Source: the human T2T-CHM13v2.0 reference genome, Homo sapiens. From it: DNA of 64,000 bases. Every line of letters starts with the position of its first letter. Positions within the stretch are counted from its first letter, which is position 1. The stretch lies in the NCBI RefSeq assembly GCF_009914755.1, contig NC_060937.1. The stretch is one strand, 5' to 3'. Of this stretch, positions 53,481 to 64,000 are shown one piece after another. Made by a program: the position numbers and the translations under genes. The notes below the pieces were generated by a model. The model was not told the origin of the DNA, searched no databases, and saw only the letters and a list, made by a program, of their open reading frames with translations.

Positions 53481-54112
53481 AATATTCAAGGGATGATAAA
53501 TGTAAATGATGATGATCTCTGATTTGTGGTGTGCTGGTTTTGTTTCTTTTTCCACTTTTCTCTCTTGTTTTATTTATCAAAGCATTAATTTTCCGAAAAT
53601 TTATAATTCTTATGATCAGAAAGTCATTACGACTTTTTCCACTTTGAAAAAGTTAGTATGTAATTAATTTTGTGATCACAAATAATATGTTTTAAAAGCC
53701 CACCCCCTTTAACCTTGTCTTTTTTATATAATATTGTTCACTAGATATTAATGCACTTTTTACCTTTCTGGAGAAATGTTACATGCAATATACATCAAGT
53801 GTATGTGCATTCTTTGTTATTTTCTAGAAATCTAATGTTTATGTCTACTTAGCACTAATATTAATGTTTGCCTAGTAGACAAATATCATTCAAACTGATT
53901 ATTTTGGTAATATACATGCCCTAAAAGGTCAAGTTGATTTTAATCTTTTATATTTTTATTTAATTCATCAAATTAGGTTTGAATTTCCAACTTTTGATCC
54001 ACTTGACGATACGGATAAAAAATCTAATCCATATGTTTCTATGATGAACTATAGAAACACTAATTTTTTCATGTTTTTGTAGAAAAAAACAACCAGTAGA
54101 AAATAAGGTTTA

Positions 54113-54381
54113 CCCCCAACACCGCATGTTCTCACTTATAAGTAGGAGCTTATCAATGAGAACACATGGACACAGGGAGGGGAATAACACACACTGGGGC
54201 CTGTCAGGAGGGTGGGAGGAGGAAGCGCATCAGAACAAATAGCTAATGCACACGGGGCTTAACCCCTGCTTACCTAGGTGATGGATTGATAGGTGCAGCA
54301 AACCACCATGGCACACATTCGCCTATGTAACAAACCAGCACATCCTGCACATGTACCCCAGAACTTAAAACAAATAAAATG
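54113..54381 (+). mobile_element. L1PA13-16-like 3'UTR, 5'-truncated
   Basis: GCATCAG..CAAATAGCTAATGCA..GGGCTTAA..CCTAGGTGATGG. The 12-bp TSD AAATAAGGTTTA occurs at 54101 and 54382. Confidence 0.93.
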
Positions 54382-55111
54382 AAATAAGGTTTAACTTTCT
54401 ATAACTAATGTCAATATACAGTGCTACAATACTATATTTTCAGTTTTGCATTAGCAGAGTGAATACCAGGAATAGGAAGGAAACAAAATCACATGTCAGC
54501 AATTCAAATTCTTTTGAATTTTCTGCATTGTGAGCACAAGGATCTCCAGTCAGAACAATTTTCATTTTTTTTCTTGATTTCCTTTATTTTCAGCCTGGCT
54601 TAGGTAGATAGTAAATATTTTTGACAAGAACTTGGTTGGCAAATACTTTGAAGATATTTTTATTGTATTTTCCTCCAAGGAGTAGATGGACTATTTCAGA
54701 TTACCAGGATCTGCAGCACTGACAACCTAATTAATGAAAAGTCACTGAATTGTGCAAAGGTCCAAAAAGTCGAAGAAACCAACAGTTCCAACTCACCATT
54801 CAGCACTGTTTCTTGAGACATTGCTAGTTCTAATTGTGATCTAATTCAGCTTGGCACCTGGGGAAGTGATCATTCTACTAATGAGACTTTCCTATTCACA
54901 TACCTTACTTTTCCTCAGAGATGTTTGTCTTATCATAGCAGCTTATTGCGTGCACTTTTATTTTAACGATCAATATCAAAACTGTTATTAGATAACATTG
55001 ATCTAAAAATTTAAGAACCAATGCAACCTCTGACAGAGATGTACTTTTAACTGTATGATGTAACATGTAGATTTTACCAACCGTAATATCAGTAGGTGAA
55101 CACAAACATGG

Positions 55112-55488
55112 TGATATGGTTTGGCTCCGTGTCCCCACCCAAATCTCAAGTTGAATTGTAATCCCCACGTGTTGAGGGAGAGACCTGGTGGGAGGTGACT
55201 GGATCATGGGGGTGGGCTTCCCCCTTGCTGTTCTCATGATAGTGTGTGAGTTCTCAGGAGATCTGGTTGTCTAACAGTGTCCAATACCTCCCACTTCATT
55301 CTCTCTCCTGCTCCCTCATGTGAAGATGTGCCTGCTTCCCCTTCATCTTCTGCAATGATTTTAAGTTTCCTGAGGCCTCCTCAGCCATGCTTCCTGTACA
55401 ACTTGCAGAACTGTGAGCCAATTAAACCTCTTCATAATTACCCAGTCTCAGGTTGGTCCTTATAGAAATGTGAGAACAGACTAATACA
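55112..55488 (+). mobile_element. MSTA solo LTR
   Basis: TGATATGGTTTGGCTCCGTGTCCCCACCC ... CAGACTAATACA, with a perfect TSD CATGG. Confidence 0.96.
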
Positions 55489-55919
55489 CATGGCAATAAA
55501 ATAAAATATTTTAAGAAATAATAGCCTCTAAATGCTCAAATACTCTTCAGATATGTTTGTAAAACCAGGTTATCAAATTTGAGATATATTCAGTTATTCC
55601 AATTTAATGGTGACTTTTGGAGGGAAAAAAGGAGAGAAAAAACGAGAGGGAGGGAGCAAAAGAGGAAATGAAGGAAAGAGGGAAGGAAGGAAGGCCTATT
55701 AGTACATTAGAAAATATTTGTCTGATTGTAATTTTATCAGAGGGGACAAAAGAAAAAGTGTCGATGATAAGTCAGATGTGGAAAAGCATTAACAGGCCAA
55801 TGAGAAAAATGTGGAAAATATAATATTGATTTACAGTGCTGAGATGGAAAAATACAGTTATAAGAAATTAGGTTCTTCTTTAGGAGTAAGAGCATTATGG
55901 CTAATGTTTTATTACTCAG

Positions 55920-56360
55920 ATGACTAGACTGTGTCTACTCGAATTTCTTGAATAGGCACTAAGATACACTGCTGCAAGTACAGTGTGTTAGTCAATCTCA
56001 TCTCCCCAGCACTGAGCATGGGGCCTGGCATATTCATCCATTGACTCAACAAATATTTATTGAGCTACCACATGTAAAGCACTGTGCTAGGTTATAAGCA
56101 TGTCACATTGGAACCTCCTTCACAGCACTAATATTCTAACAGAAGAGACAGACACTGAACGAACAACTGACACATGTAAAATATTCAGTAATGGCTCATT
56201 GGATAGCTGAATTATTAGCCAGATAGATAGATGGGTGGAATGGATAGAATGGATACTTAAATGGATGACCTGAAAAGTTGCAAGAAGCTCTGCAACCCCA
56301 GAGCCTATTACAGAGTCTGGTATATAGTAGACGCTGAATAAATATTTGTTCACTGTATAA
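55920..56360. mobile_element. Cluster of three L2 3' ends (+, -, +)
   Basis: CCCCAGCACTGAGCATGGGGCCTGGCATA; CAACAAATATTTATTGAGC..GCACTGTGCTAGG; GTCTGGTATATAGTAGACGCTGAATAAATATTTGTT. Confidence 0.7.
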
Positions 56361-57057
56361 ATGTTTGACTAAATTATTACACAGAAGTTCTAAATGATTT
56401 CAGATATGTCTTCTATTGGTCTATCGTGTTCTAAATAAACATAGACCACAAACAGGTCTTCTGTTAGTCTGCTACAACACTTAAAAATCTTACAACTAGA
56501 ATTACCCATTTCTAAAGAATATGCCAGAGAGCTCATCATCCACTGCTAATTTATTAGGGCTATTAATGTATATTCATTGTTAATCTGGTAAGTGAGACAG
56601 CAAGATAATTGTTTACCAACACTGGAAAAGATTATATTAATTTAGTTCTGGAATGATTTTGCAACCACATTCATAAAATCTAAAAGGAACACATTGACAT
56701 TTTTTCTATTCTCCACTGTCAGTATTACTGAAAATGTCCAAAAGGTAAAGGCCATGCTGACCAGTATCATTGTAGAAAATGTGATTGATGGAAGAGCTGG
56801 AAGGAAAAATAAATAATTTGGTATAAGGATATAAATATGCATGCCTGAGTCATGTTCAAAAATACTTGTGTAATAAGTGAAATTGCATTTTAATTGGAAA
56901 TTTAAAAAGTAATATACAAAACAAATTTAATTGTATATATAGACTGAAACTATGACAACAGATTTAGTTGATCTTAACTTAGAAATTCAATTAAGTAATA
57001 AAAGGCAGTATAGCCATCTTTATTTGGCAATATGTTGACAATTTATTGACTTCCTTG

Positions 57058-57082
57058 CTTTTTTTTTTTTTTTTTTTTTTTT
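57058..57082. repeat. Poly(T) run
   Basis: About 24 consecutive T with no adjacent retroelement body recognised. Confidence 0.9.
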
Positions 57083-57825
57083 GCTTTTAACTTTGCAACC
57101 ACTTGCTTTTGTTCTATAGAGGCAAAACTTAATTCTAGAAACTAAAGACCTTGTTCAAAGTAATTGTTGGTGTTTCAGAAGAAGCTCAATTAATTATGGC
57201 ATTGCTTTCCCCATGCAAAAGGTGAACCAATTAAGGAATAAGACAAAAAAGTTATCCAGAATGAAGATTTTTAGAAATCATCTGTATTGATGCTATAACT
57301 GATACTGCAGAAGTCTCCATGTGGAACCAATCTCTGTTAAGCTTTCTTCAAGGTAGGGAGGGCTAGAAGGTGTGCTTTCTGCAGGAAGGCTGACCCCAGA
57401 GAGAAGGGTGGGGAAAGACTGAGGACATATGCCCAGTTCTTCCAAATTCAACAACGAGGCAACTCATTCCACCTCCCTGGGGAGAAGTAAATGTTAAGAT
57501 CCAACTTTAGGAGCATTTAGAAAAAAACAACCTTCTATATGAAAACCATTATGGAAGCCTTCTTTCCACCCAAAATGAATATATGGAAACTAAAGTTAAC
57601 AAAGGAACTAAAAAAAGTCTAAAGCTCAACATTTACACAGGACAAGAGCATCAAATGCTTACAGGGACTTCACATCTTTCCTTGAGAACATTAACATATA
57701 GGAGCTCAGAAATCAGATTCTATTACATGACCAAAGTTTAATTAAAATATTGTGGGCACATCAAGTCCCTCATGAGTGACTTGATGCTCTCCTTATGGTA
57801 GTAAGTTACCACAAGATTTCATTGT

Positions 57826-57993
57826 TAAAAAAAGTCTGGGACCTCCCCTCTACCCCTTGCTGTCTCTCTCCTGTGACACACCTGCTCTTCCTTCACCTTC
57901 CACCATGAGTAAAAACTTCCTGAGGCCCCACCCAGAGTTGAGTAGATGCTGGTGCTGTGCTTGTACAGCCTGCAGTACTGTGAGCTAAATAAA
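57826..57993 (+). mobile_element. MSTB-like LTR internal fragment
   Basis: CTTCACCTTCCACCATGAGTAAAAACTTCCTGAGGCC..GATGCTGGTGC..CTTGTACAGCCTGCAG.ACTGTGAGC.AAATAAA. Confidence 0.85.
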
Positions 57994-58095
57994 GAAATGC
58001 CTTTGTGGGACACTGGCACTGAAGTCACAGATAGCCATAGACATGAAGGGGCCATCGGTTCTGTATATTGGTTGTTATAACTTTTGAAGACATAT

Positions 58096-58759
<664 letters not shown>

Positions 58760-59099
58760 CATAGGATTTGACGACGCTTCCCCAAATAACCTAGCAACTA
58801 TAAGGTGCCTGATCCTTACATTACCTTGTGTAAGGAGAGAAGTCCAAGAATAACTGAGATTTTTCTCTACCAGACCTGGGTAGGATAGAAGGCTTAATAG
58901 GGAAATTAACTTTATATATGGAAAAGAAAGAGATGTACTGTTTCTTGCTTGCTTGAATTTGTAGTCTGACATTTACATCTGTACAAAGTTCCAAGTGCTC
59001 ATTCTTTCATTATAATACTGAATAACATTCAATTAGTAGAAACTGAATTGAGAAGTTATGTGGACAATTGACAAAAACAGATTGATATTTATCTATGTA

Positions 59100-59290
59100 A
59101 CAGTATAATAGGGAGAGCCGTATAGCAAAAATCAGAAAGGTTGTGTTTAAGTCTCATCACCACTGTTGACTATATACTTGGGTAAGTCATACCTTCTTGT
59201 CTGTAATAATTCTTAGACAACTATCCTAAGACCTTGTTTTAAAAGAAATAAGCAGGGAATTTCTAAATTGCTTGTAAACAATGCTAGCTC
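59100..59290 (+). mobile_element. MIR-like fragment
   Basis: ATCAGAAAGGTTGTGTTTAAGTC..CACTG..ACTTGGGTAAGTCA. Confidence 0.45.
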
Positions 59291-59719
59291 CTTGAATTAT
59301 TGTAATGATTACGATTGGGGATATACACAAAACTATTACATTATATATAGGTATAATTGAAGGGAGATAAGAAAACAGAAATTTCTATATGATAAAGACA
59401 TAATTTACTGTCCCTTAATTCAATGCTATTTATCTTTTCATTTTAAAAATAAATTCAGCTATTACTGTATTTTTTTACAGATGACAGTCTGCTATACACT
59501 TTACTTCCATTCAATAAGAAAAGGACTAAGTATCAAATACGCCATACTAGACAATGTGGAGAAGTAAACCTCTTGAAGAAGATCCATCAATGATTTTAGT
59601 TTGAGAATATTACCTGATGTTCAGGGAATATGCCTTTGTGTTATAATCTCTCTGAGCTTCAGTTTCCGCTCTGTCATATGGTGGCACTTTCCAATGCAGC
59701 AAAGATAAGATAAGAAACA

Positions 59720-60110
59720 GTGATTTGTGTAATATGTTATGGGAACTGAGGAGAACCTAGTTCTACTGAGATGATAAGGAAGACTTCAAAGAGAAGTCAT
59801 ACTTGATTGGTAGTCTTTCAAACGAACAAGAAGAAGGACAGGATGTTTTAGGCAGAAGGGAGATATGCACAGCACCTCAGGCATGAGATAACTCGATATA
59901 ATCAAGAAATCTCCATGCGGGAGTGGCTAGAGATCAGTATGTGTATGTTGCCGTAGGGAAGTTGAGTCAGAAATGATAACGGGGGCTAAAAATGATGTCC
60001 TTTCTATGATATACTGAAGAGTTTACAATTGATCCTGTAAAACAGTGGAATTATGAAGGATTTTTAAATCAGAACTTATAATCTTTACTATAATAGAATT
60101 TTTCTAAGAA
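59720..60110 (-). mobile_element. L2 fragment
   Basis: AGGAAGACTTC..AGAGAAG; AGGCAGAAGGG; TACTGAAGAGTTTAC..TTGATCCTGTA..CAGTGG..GAAGGATTTTTAAATCAG. Confidence 0.65.
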
Positions 60111-60511
60111 ATTAAGCAAATATGGTGCCAAAAGCTTTTCATGCCCCTTCACTACCTTGTGTTCCTGCTTGAAGTTCAGCTACAGAATCCAGGATGTCCA
60201 AACTTGGAAATTAGTTGTTACCCTAACAGAAACCTAAATGTACAAAGACAAGACAGTGGATTGGTCAAGATTTGAATCCTTCTTTTTTAAATGTATAGCC
60301 TACACACCTTGCTTTGGTTCCTTAACCCTTATCAATTTTTAGTGGATCCATAATTGATCATTCATGTCCATTAATCTCGTTCCAACTTCAATGCCTGCCT
60401 TGTCCTCTAAGTCCTGTCTGTGTTGACTCACTGCCTGATTCTGGTAAGGCACCCTCTTTCTGGTTAGTTCATCTGGTTCCAGCAACCTGGTTTTGATTTC
60501 ATTATTTTCTA

Positions 60512-61055
60512 GTATTTTTATTATACTTAAGTTCTGGGATACATGTGCAGAACCTGCAGGTTTGTTACATAGATATACACGTGCCATGGTGGTTTGCTGC
60601 ACTCATCAACCTGTCATCTACATTAGGTATTTCTCTTAATGCTATCCCTCCCCTAGCCCTCAACCCCCCAACAAGCCCGTGTGTGATGTTCCCCTCACTG
60701 TGTCCTGTGTTCTCATTGTTCAACTCCCACTTATGAGTGAGAACATGCGGTGTTTGGTTGTCTGTTCCTGTGTTAGTTTGCTGAGAATGATGGTTTCCAG
60801 CTTCATCCATGTCCCCGCAAAGGACATAAATTCATCCTTTTTTAAGGCTGCATAGTATTCCATGGTGTATATGTGCCACATTTTTTTTACCCAGTCTATC
60901 ATTGATAGGCATTTGGGTTGCTGTTGTGAATAATGCTGCAATAAGCACAAATGTGCACAGTGTGGCAATTCCTCAAGGATCTAGAACCAGAAATACCATT
61001 TGACCCAGAAACCCCATTACTGGGTATAAACCCAAAGGATTATAAATCATTCTAC
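60512..61055 (-). mobile_element. L1PA7/8-like truncated insertion with 5' inversion (60958-61055 in the opposite orientation)
   Basis: Antisense 3' end at 60512-60957, then a sense-oriented upstream ORF2 piece. The 18-bp TSD TGATTTCATTATTTTCTA is perfect at 60494-60511 and 61056-61073. Confidence 0.96.
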
Positions 61056-61964
61056 TGATTTCATTATTTTCTAAGTATAAATAGCTCTTCAATTTATCAC
61101 CTACCTCGATCTGCATTCCACATTTTCCCTCAGGCTTCTTACTCAAAGAACCTTTCTTGAATTCCAAACCTCTTACGTTCCCAGGTCCTGGTGTAATGAG
61201 CAATCTTAAGATCTCTTCTTCCACTAAGAAAAGCCAAATTTTCACACTCTTCCAGGCCCTCAGGTCAAAGGAGGAAATGTCAAAACATAGGTGAAAAAAC
61301 AAAATATCTTGCCTGGGTTTATGTTTAAAAATAAGTTAGACTGTCTTGATCAAAAGTAGTGCCAAAATATACTCTTTTTATTGTTTAAAGTAGTCTTACA
61401 ATCCTCAAGAGATCAGCTGCAATGTGTTCAAGTTTCATCCTGTATTTTCTTTCACACTTATAATTGACAGGTAGAATATGTAGCCTATCTCCTTCCCCAA
61501 ATGGTCGTGGAATTCATGTTACCATATGCCAGTATCAATAACTGTGCTGCCAATAGAAGCATGGTGGGATGGGAGCTGTCTATAGCAGCCTGGGTGTGGG
61601 AACACCTTTCAACATTGTCATCCCTTAACAATCACCATGTTTAGCTTGAAAAACATTGGACTTTTACCAATTGCAGCCACCAATATTAAATGGGATGAAA
61701 CTCATCATCTTTTTTTCCCGACTTTTGTCTCATAGCATAAAAATCAATTTAAAATAAGCCCACTTTTTTCCTACAGGATGGAGTTCAATTTAAATTTTAG
61801 ATTTTTCACTTAAAAATTTTATATACCTCCTTAAAGGAATGCTATACTTCAGTTATTAAAAAATAACCTGTTTACAAAATCTGGAGCACGACATTTTAGT
61901 GGAGCAGGTTCATGATTTAAAATGTAGAAAAACAACAAGGGAAATATTTACCAAATGAAAAAAA

Positions 61965-63060
61965 ATCCATATGTACTTTGATCTGTCAGTTCAATTTCTA
62001 GAAATATATAGTACTACAGTTACACCTACCTATGTACAAAATAACATGCCAAGAATATTGCTCCTATGCAACAACAACAACAACCATTAACAAGGGGCCA
62101 GTTAAATGCATTATGTTGCATTCCTACAATGGGATAAAAGTTAACTATTTAAAAGAATGGACCAACCCTCTGAGTACAATTAGGAAAAACTGCCAAGGTA
62201 TATAGTTAAGGAAATGCAGTTTATCCTCATTATTCACAGAGTCAGAATTCATGAATTCACCTATTCTAAATTTTATTTGTAACTAAAACTTATTTGTAAC
62301 CCCAAAAGCAATATTCACAGAGCCGTTGCAGTGACTCTCTACACATACATAGAGCAATGAAAAACTTGGGATGCCCTTGCACATGTTCCTAGCTGAGGTC
62401 AAGGAAGGTGACTGACTTCTTATTTCAGTGCTCATGCTGTAGCCAAATTTCCTTTTCAGGGTCAATTTAGTGCCACATTTTTTCATCTTTATGCTTTTCA
62501 TTGGTGATTTTGATTTCCACTTTACAATGGCCCCCAAGTGCAATGCTGAAATGCTGGTTAGTATTACTAAGCACAAGAAGGCTTGTGAAGTACCTTAAAG
62601 AAAGAATATGTGCATTAGATAAGCTTCATTCAGGCATGAATTATAGTGTCATTGGCAGTGAATTCAGTGTTAATAAATCAATAATATTTGTTAAGTAAGG
62701 TGTCTTTAAACAGGAAGATACACAAAACGAGGTGGTATATTGACCGGTGATGAAAGGGTGACTAAATGCTCATAGGAACCTAACTTTGTATTTCCTCTAG
62801 GAGCAATGGTTCATTATTTGCTAATTCAGTATTAGTTGTAACTTTACTACAGAACATAACTACGACAAATAATAAAAATTGCCTGTGTTTAGGTACAGAA
62901 CGATGTGTGTGATATGCTATTCTTATGTCCAAGGGAAATAAACAAAAACATATATATATATATAAAATTTTCTAAAATACATACATTTGTAAAGGTGAAG
63001 AAGTGGTTATATTGGCAGTCTCTGTAGAAAGCAACTGGGTGGTTGGCTTTTGTATTTTGA
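61965..63060 (+). mobile_element. L1ME-type 3' fragments interrupted by MER82
   Basis: CTTTGATCTGTCAGTTCAATTTCTAGAAATATAT; TATTTAAAAGAATG; CCAAGGTATATAGTTAAG. Confidence 0.55.
62217..62885 (+). mobile_element. MER82 (TcMar-Tigger) non-autonomous DNA transposon
   Basis: Termini are CAGTTTATCCTCATTATTCAC ... AATAATAAAAATTGCCTG. It contains GTTCCTAGCTGAGGTC and GATAAGCTTCATTCAGGCATGA. ORF 62501..62698 is a pogo/CENP-B-type HTH remnant (LDKLHSGMNYSVIGSEFSVNKS). Confidence 0.9.
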
Positions 63061-64000
63061 GAAATTTTATAATAACACATGCATTACTGAATCAAAAACT
63101 AAATAATACATAATTTTATAAAAGAACAAGAGGTTTTATTTTCCATGTATACAGTGTTTTGGAAAGTGGCTCCTGACTTGTGGTCAGTACCAAAATAGAT
63201 TACTTGAAGAGGGGTGTAATTACCAACTTATATATTTATTGTATGCAGGGGAACAACTTCTGCCTCAGATGTGCTGTCATCCTTGGTGTTGTCCTATTTC
63301 AGCCCTGAAGTGGATCCCCAGTTGCATACCAAGCTTCTTTTTGTCAAAAGAGAAGCAAATGTACACCCTTCCAAAACTTTTGGGGGGAAAATAGGGCAGA
63401 AAAGGAGATCAGAATTTGCTTTTTAATCAATAACTTGAGGCTCTTTATTAACCTAGTTTCACAAAAGAATATTTGTAAGTATTACTAATATGAGCACTTC
63501 CACTGAAAATAATCTCAGCTGTCTTCACAGGAATTTAAATTATGCCAAAACCTTGCTCAAGAAAAAAGAAAGCATGCTTGGCAATGCCACACTTATTTTC
63601 TCAGATATCTCTTTTGTTTAATGTAATCAGAAACCAGAGAAAAGAAGAGGTGGCCTAAAAATGAAAAGAAATATTTGATAGAAATTTGAATTCTCTAAAT
63701 TTGTTTCCAAAAATATAAGTCAGGAATCTGGGGGCATGCCAACAGCATATATAAATATGGAATGAGATCTATGGTGATATTTATCTTTTTCCTAGCATTT
63801 TTAGGATATACTGAAATCAGATAATTTGAACAAAGGGGAGATTGATTGCAGATTATTGTAGGCAATTATAGCAAGGAGGCAGAGGGAATGGGCAGTACTT
63901 TCAGAGAGCCTTGAGAACAGTGGCACCAAGGTCTGTGGAATAATTAATGCATTACTTGTAATTAAAACATTATTTGTAATGCTGCTACAAATCTGTTCTT

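Noticed and set aside
62501-62698. CENP-B/pogo-like HTH peptide as a domesticated transposase
   Set aside because: A short frameshifted remnant within non-autonomous MER82.

Overview
Primate (human-like) AT-rich, CpG-poor genomic DNA. It is made mostly of interspersed repeats: about 14 Alu copies or fragments, L1s ranging from ancient L1M/L1ME to L1PA3-8, L2, MIR, many MaLR LTRs (THE1/MST/MLT1, including a full LTR-internal-LTR THE1 at 30790-33074), two ERV1 solo LTRs (MER50, MER52) and DNA transposon relics (MER5A, MER20, MER82). No protein-coding gene, RNA gene or CRISPR-like array is supportable. The ORFs in the track are repeat-derived or look like chance. I found no convincing new biological system. 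The most interesting signals are: a local duplication that preserves the empty site of a THE1 insertion; a twin-primed (5'-inverted) L1 with an 18-bp TSD; tail-less, out-of-order L1/Alu insertions; several perfect hairpins or palindromes and a VNTR that look made by template switching; a close inverted Alu pair; one MaLR LTR with an intact DUX4 motif; and two ancient LTRs that unusually retain CpGs. Subfamily names come from recalled consensus motifs rather than alignment, and boundaries of old elements are approximate.
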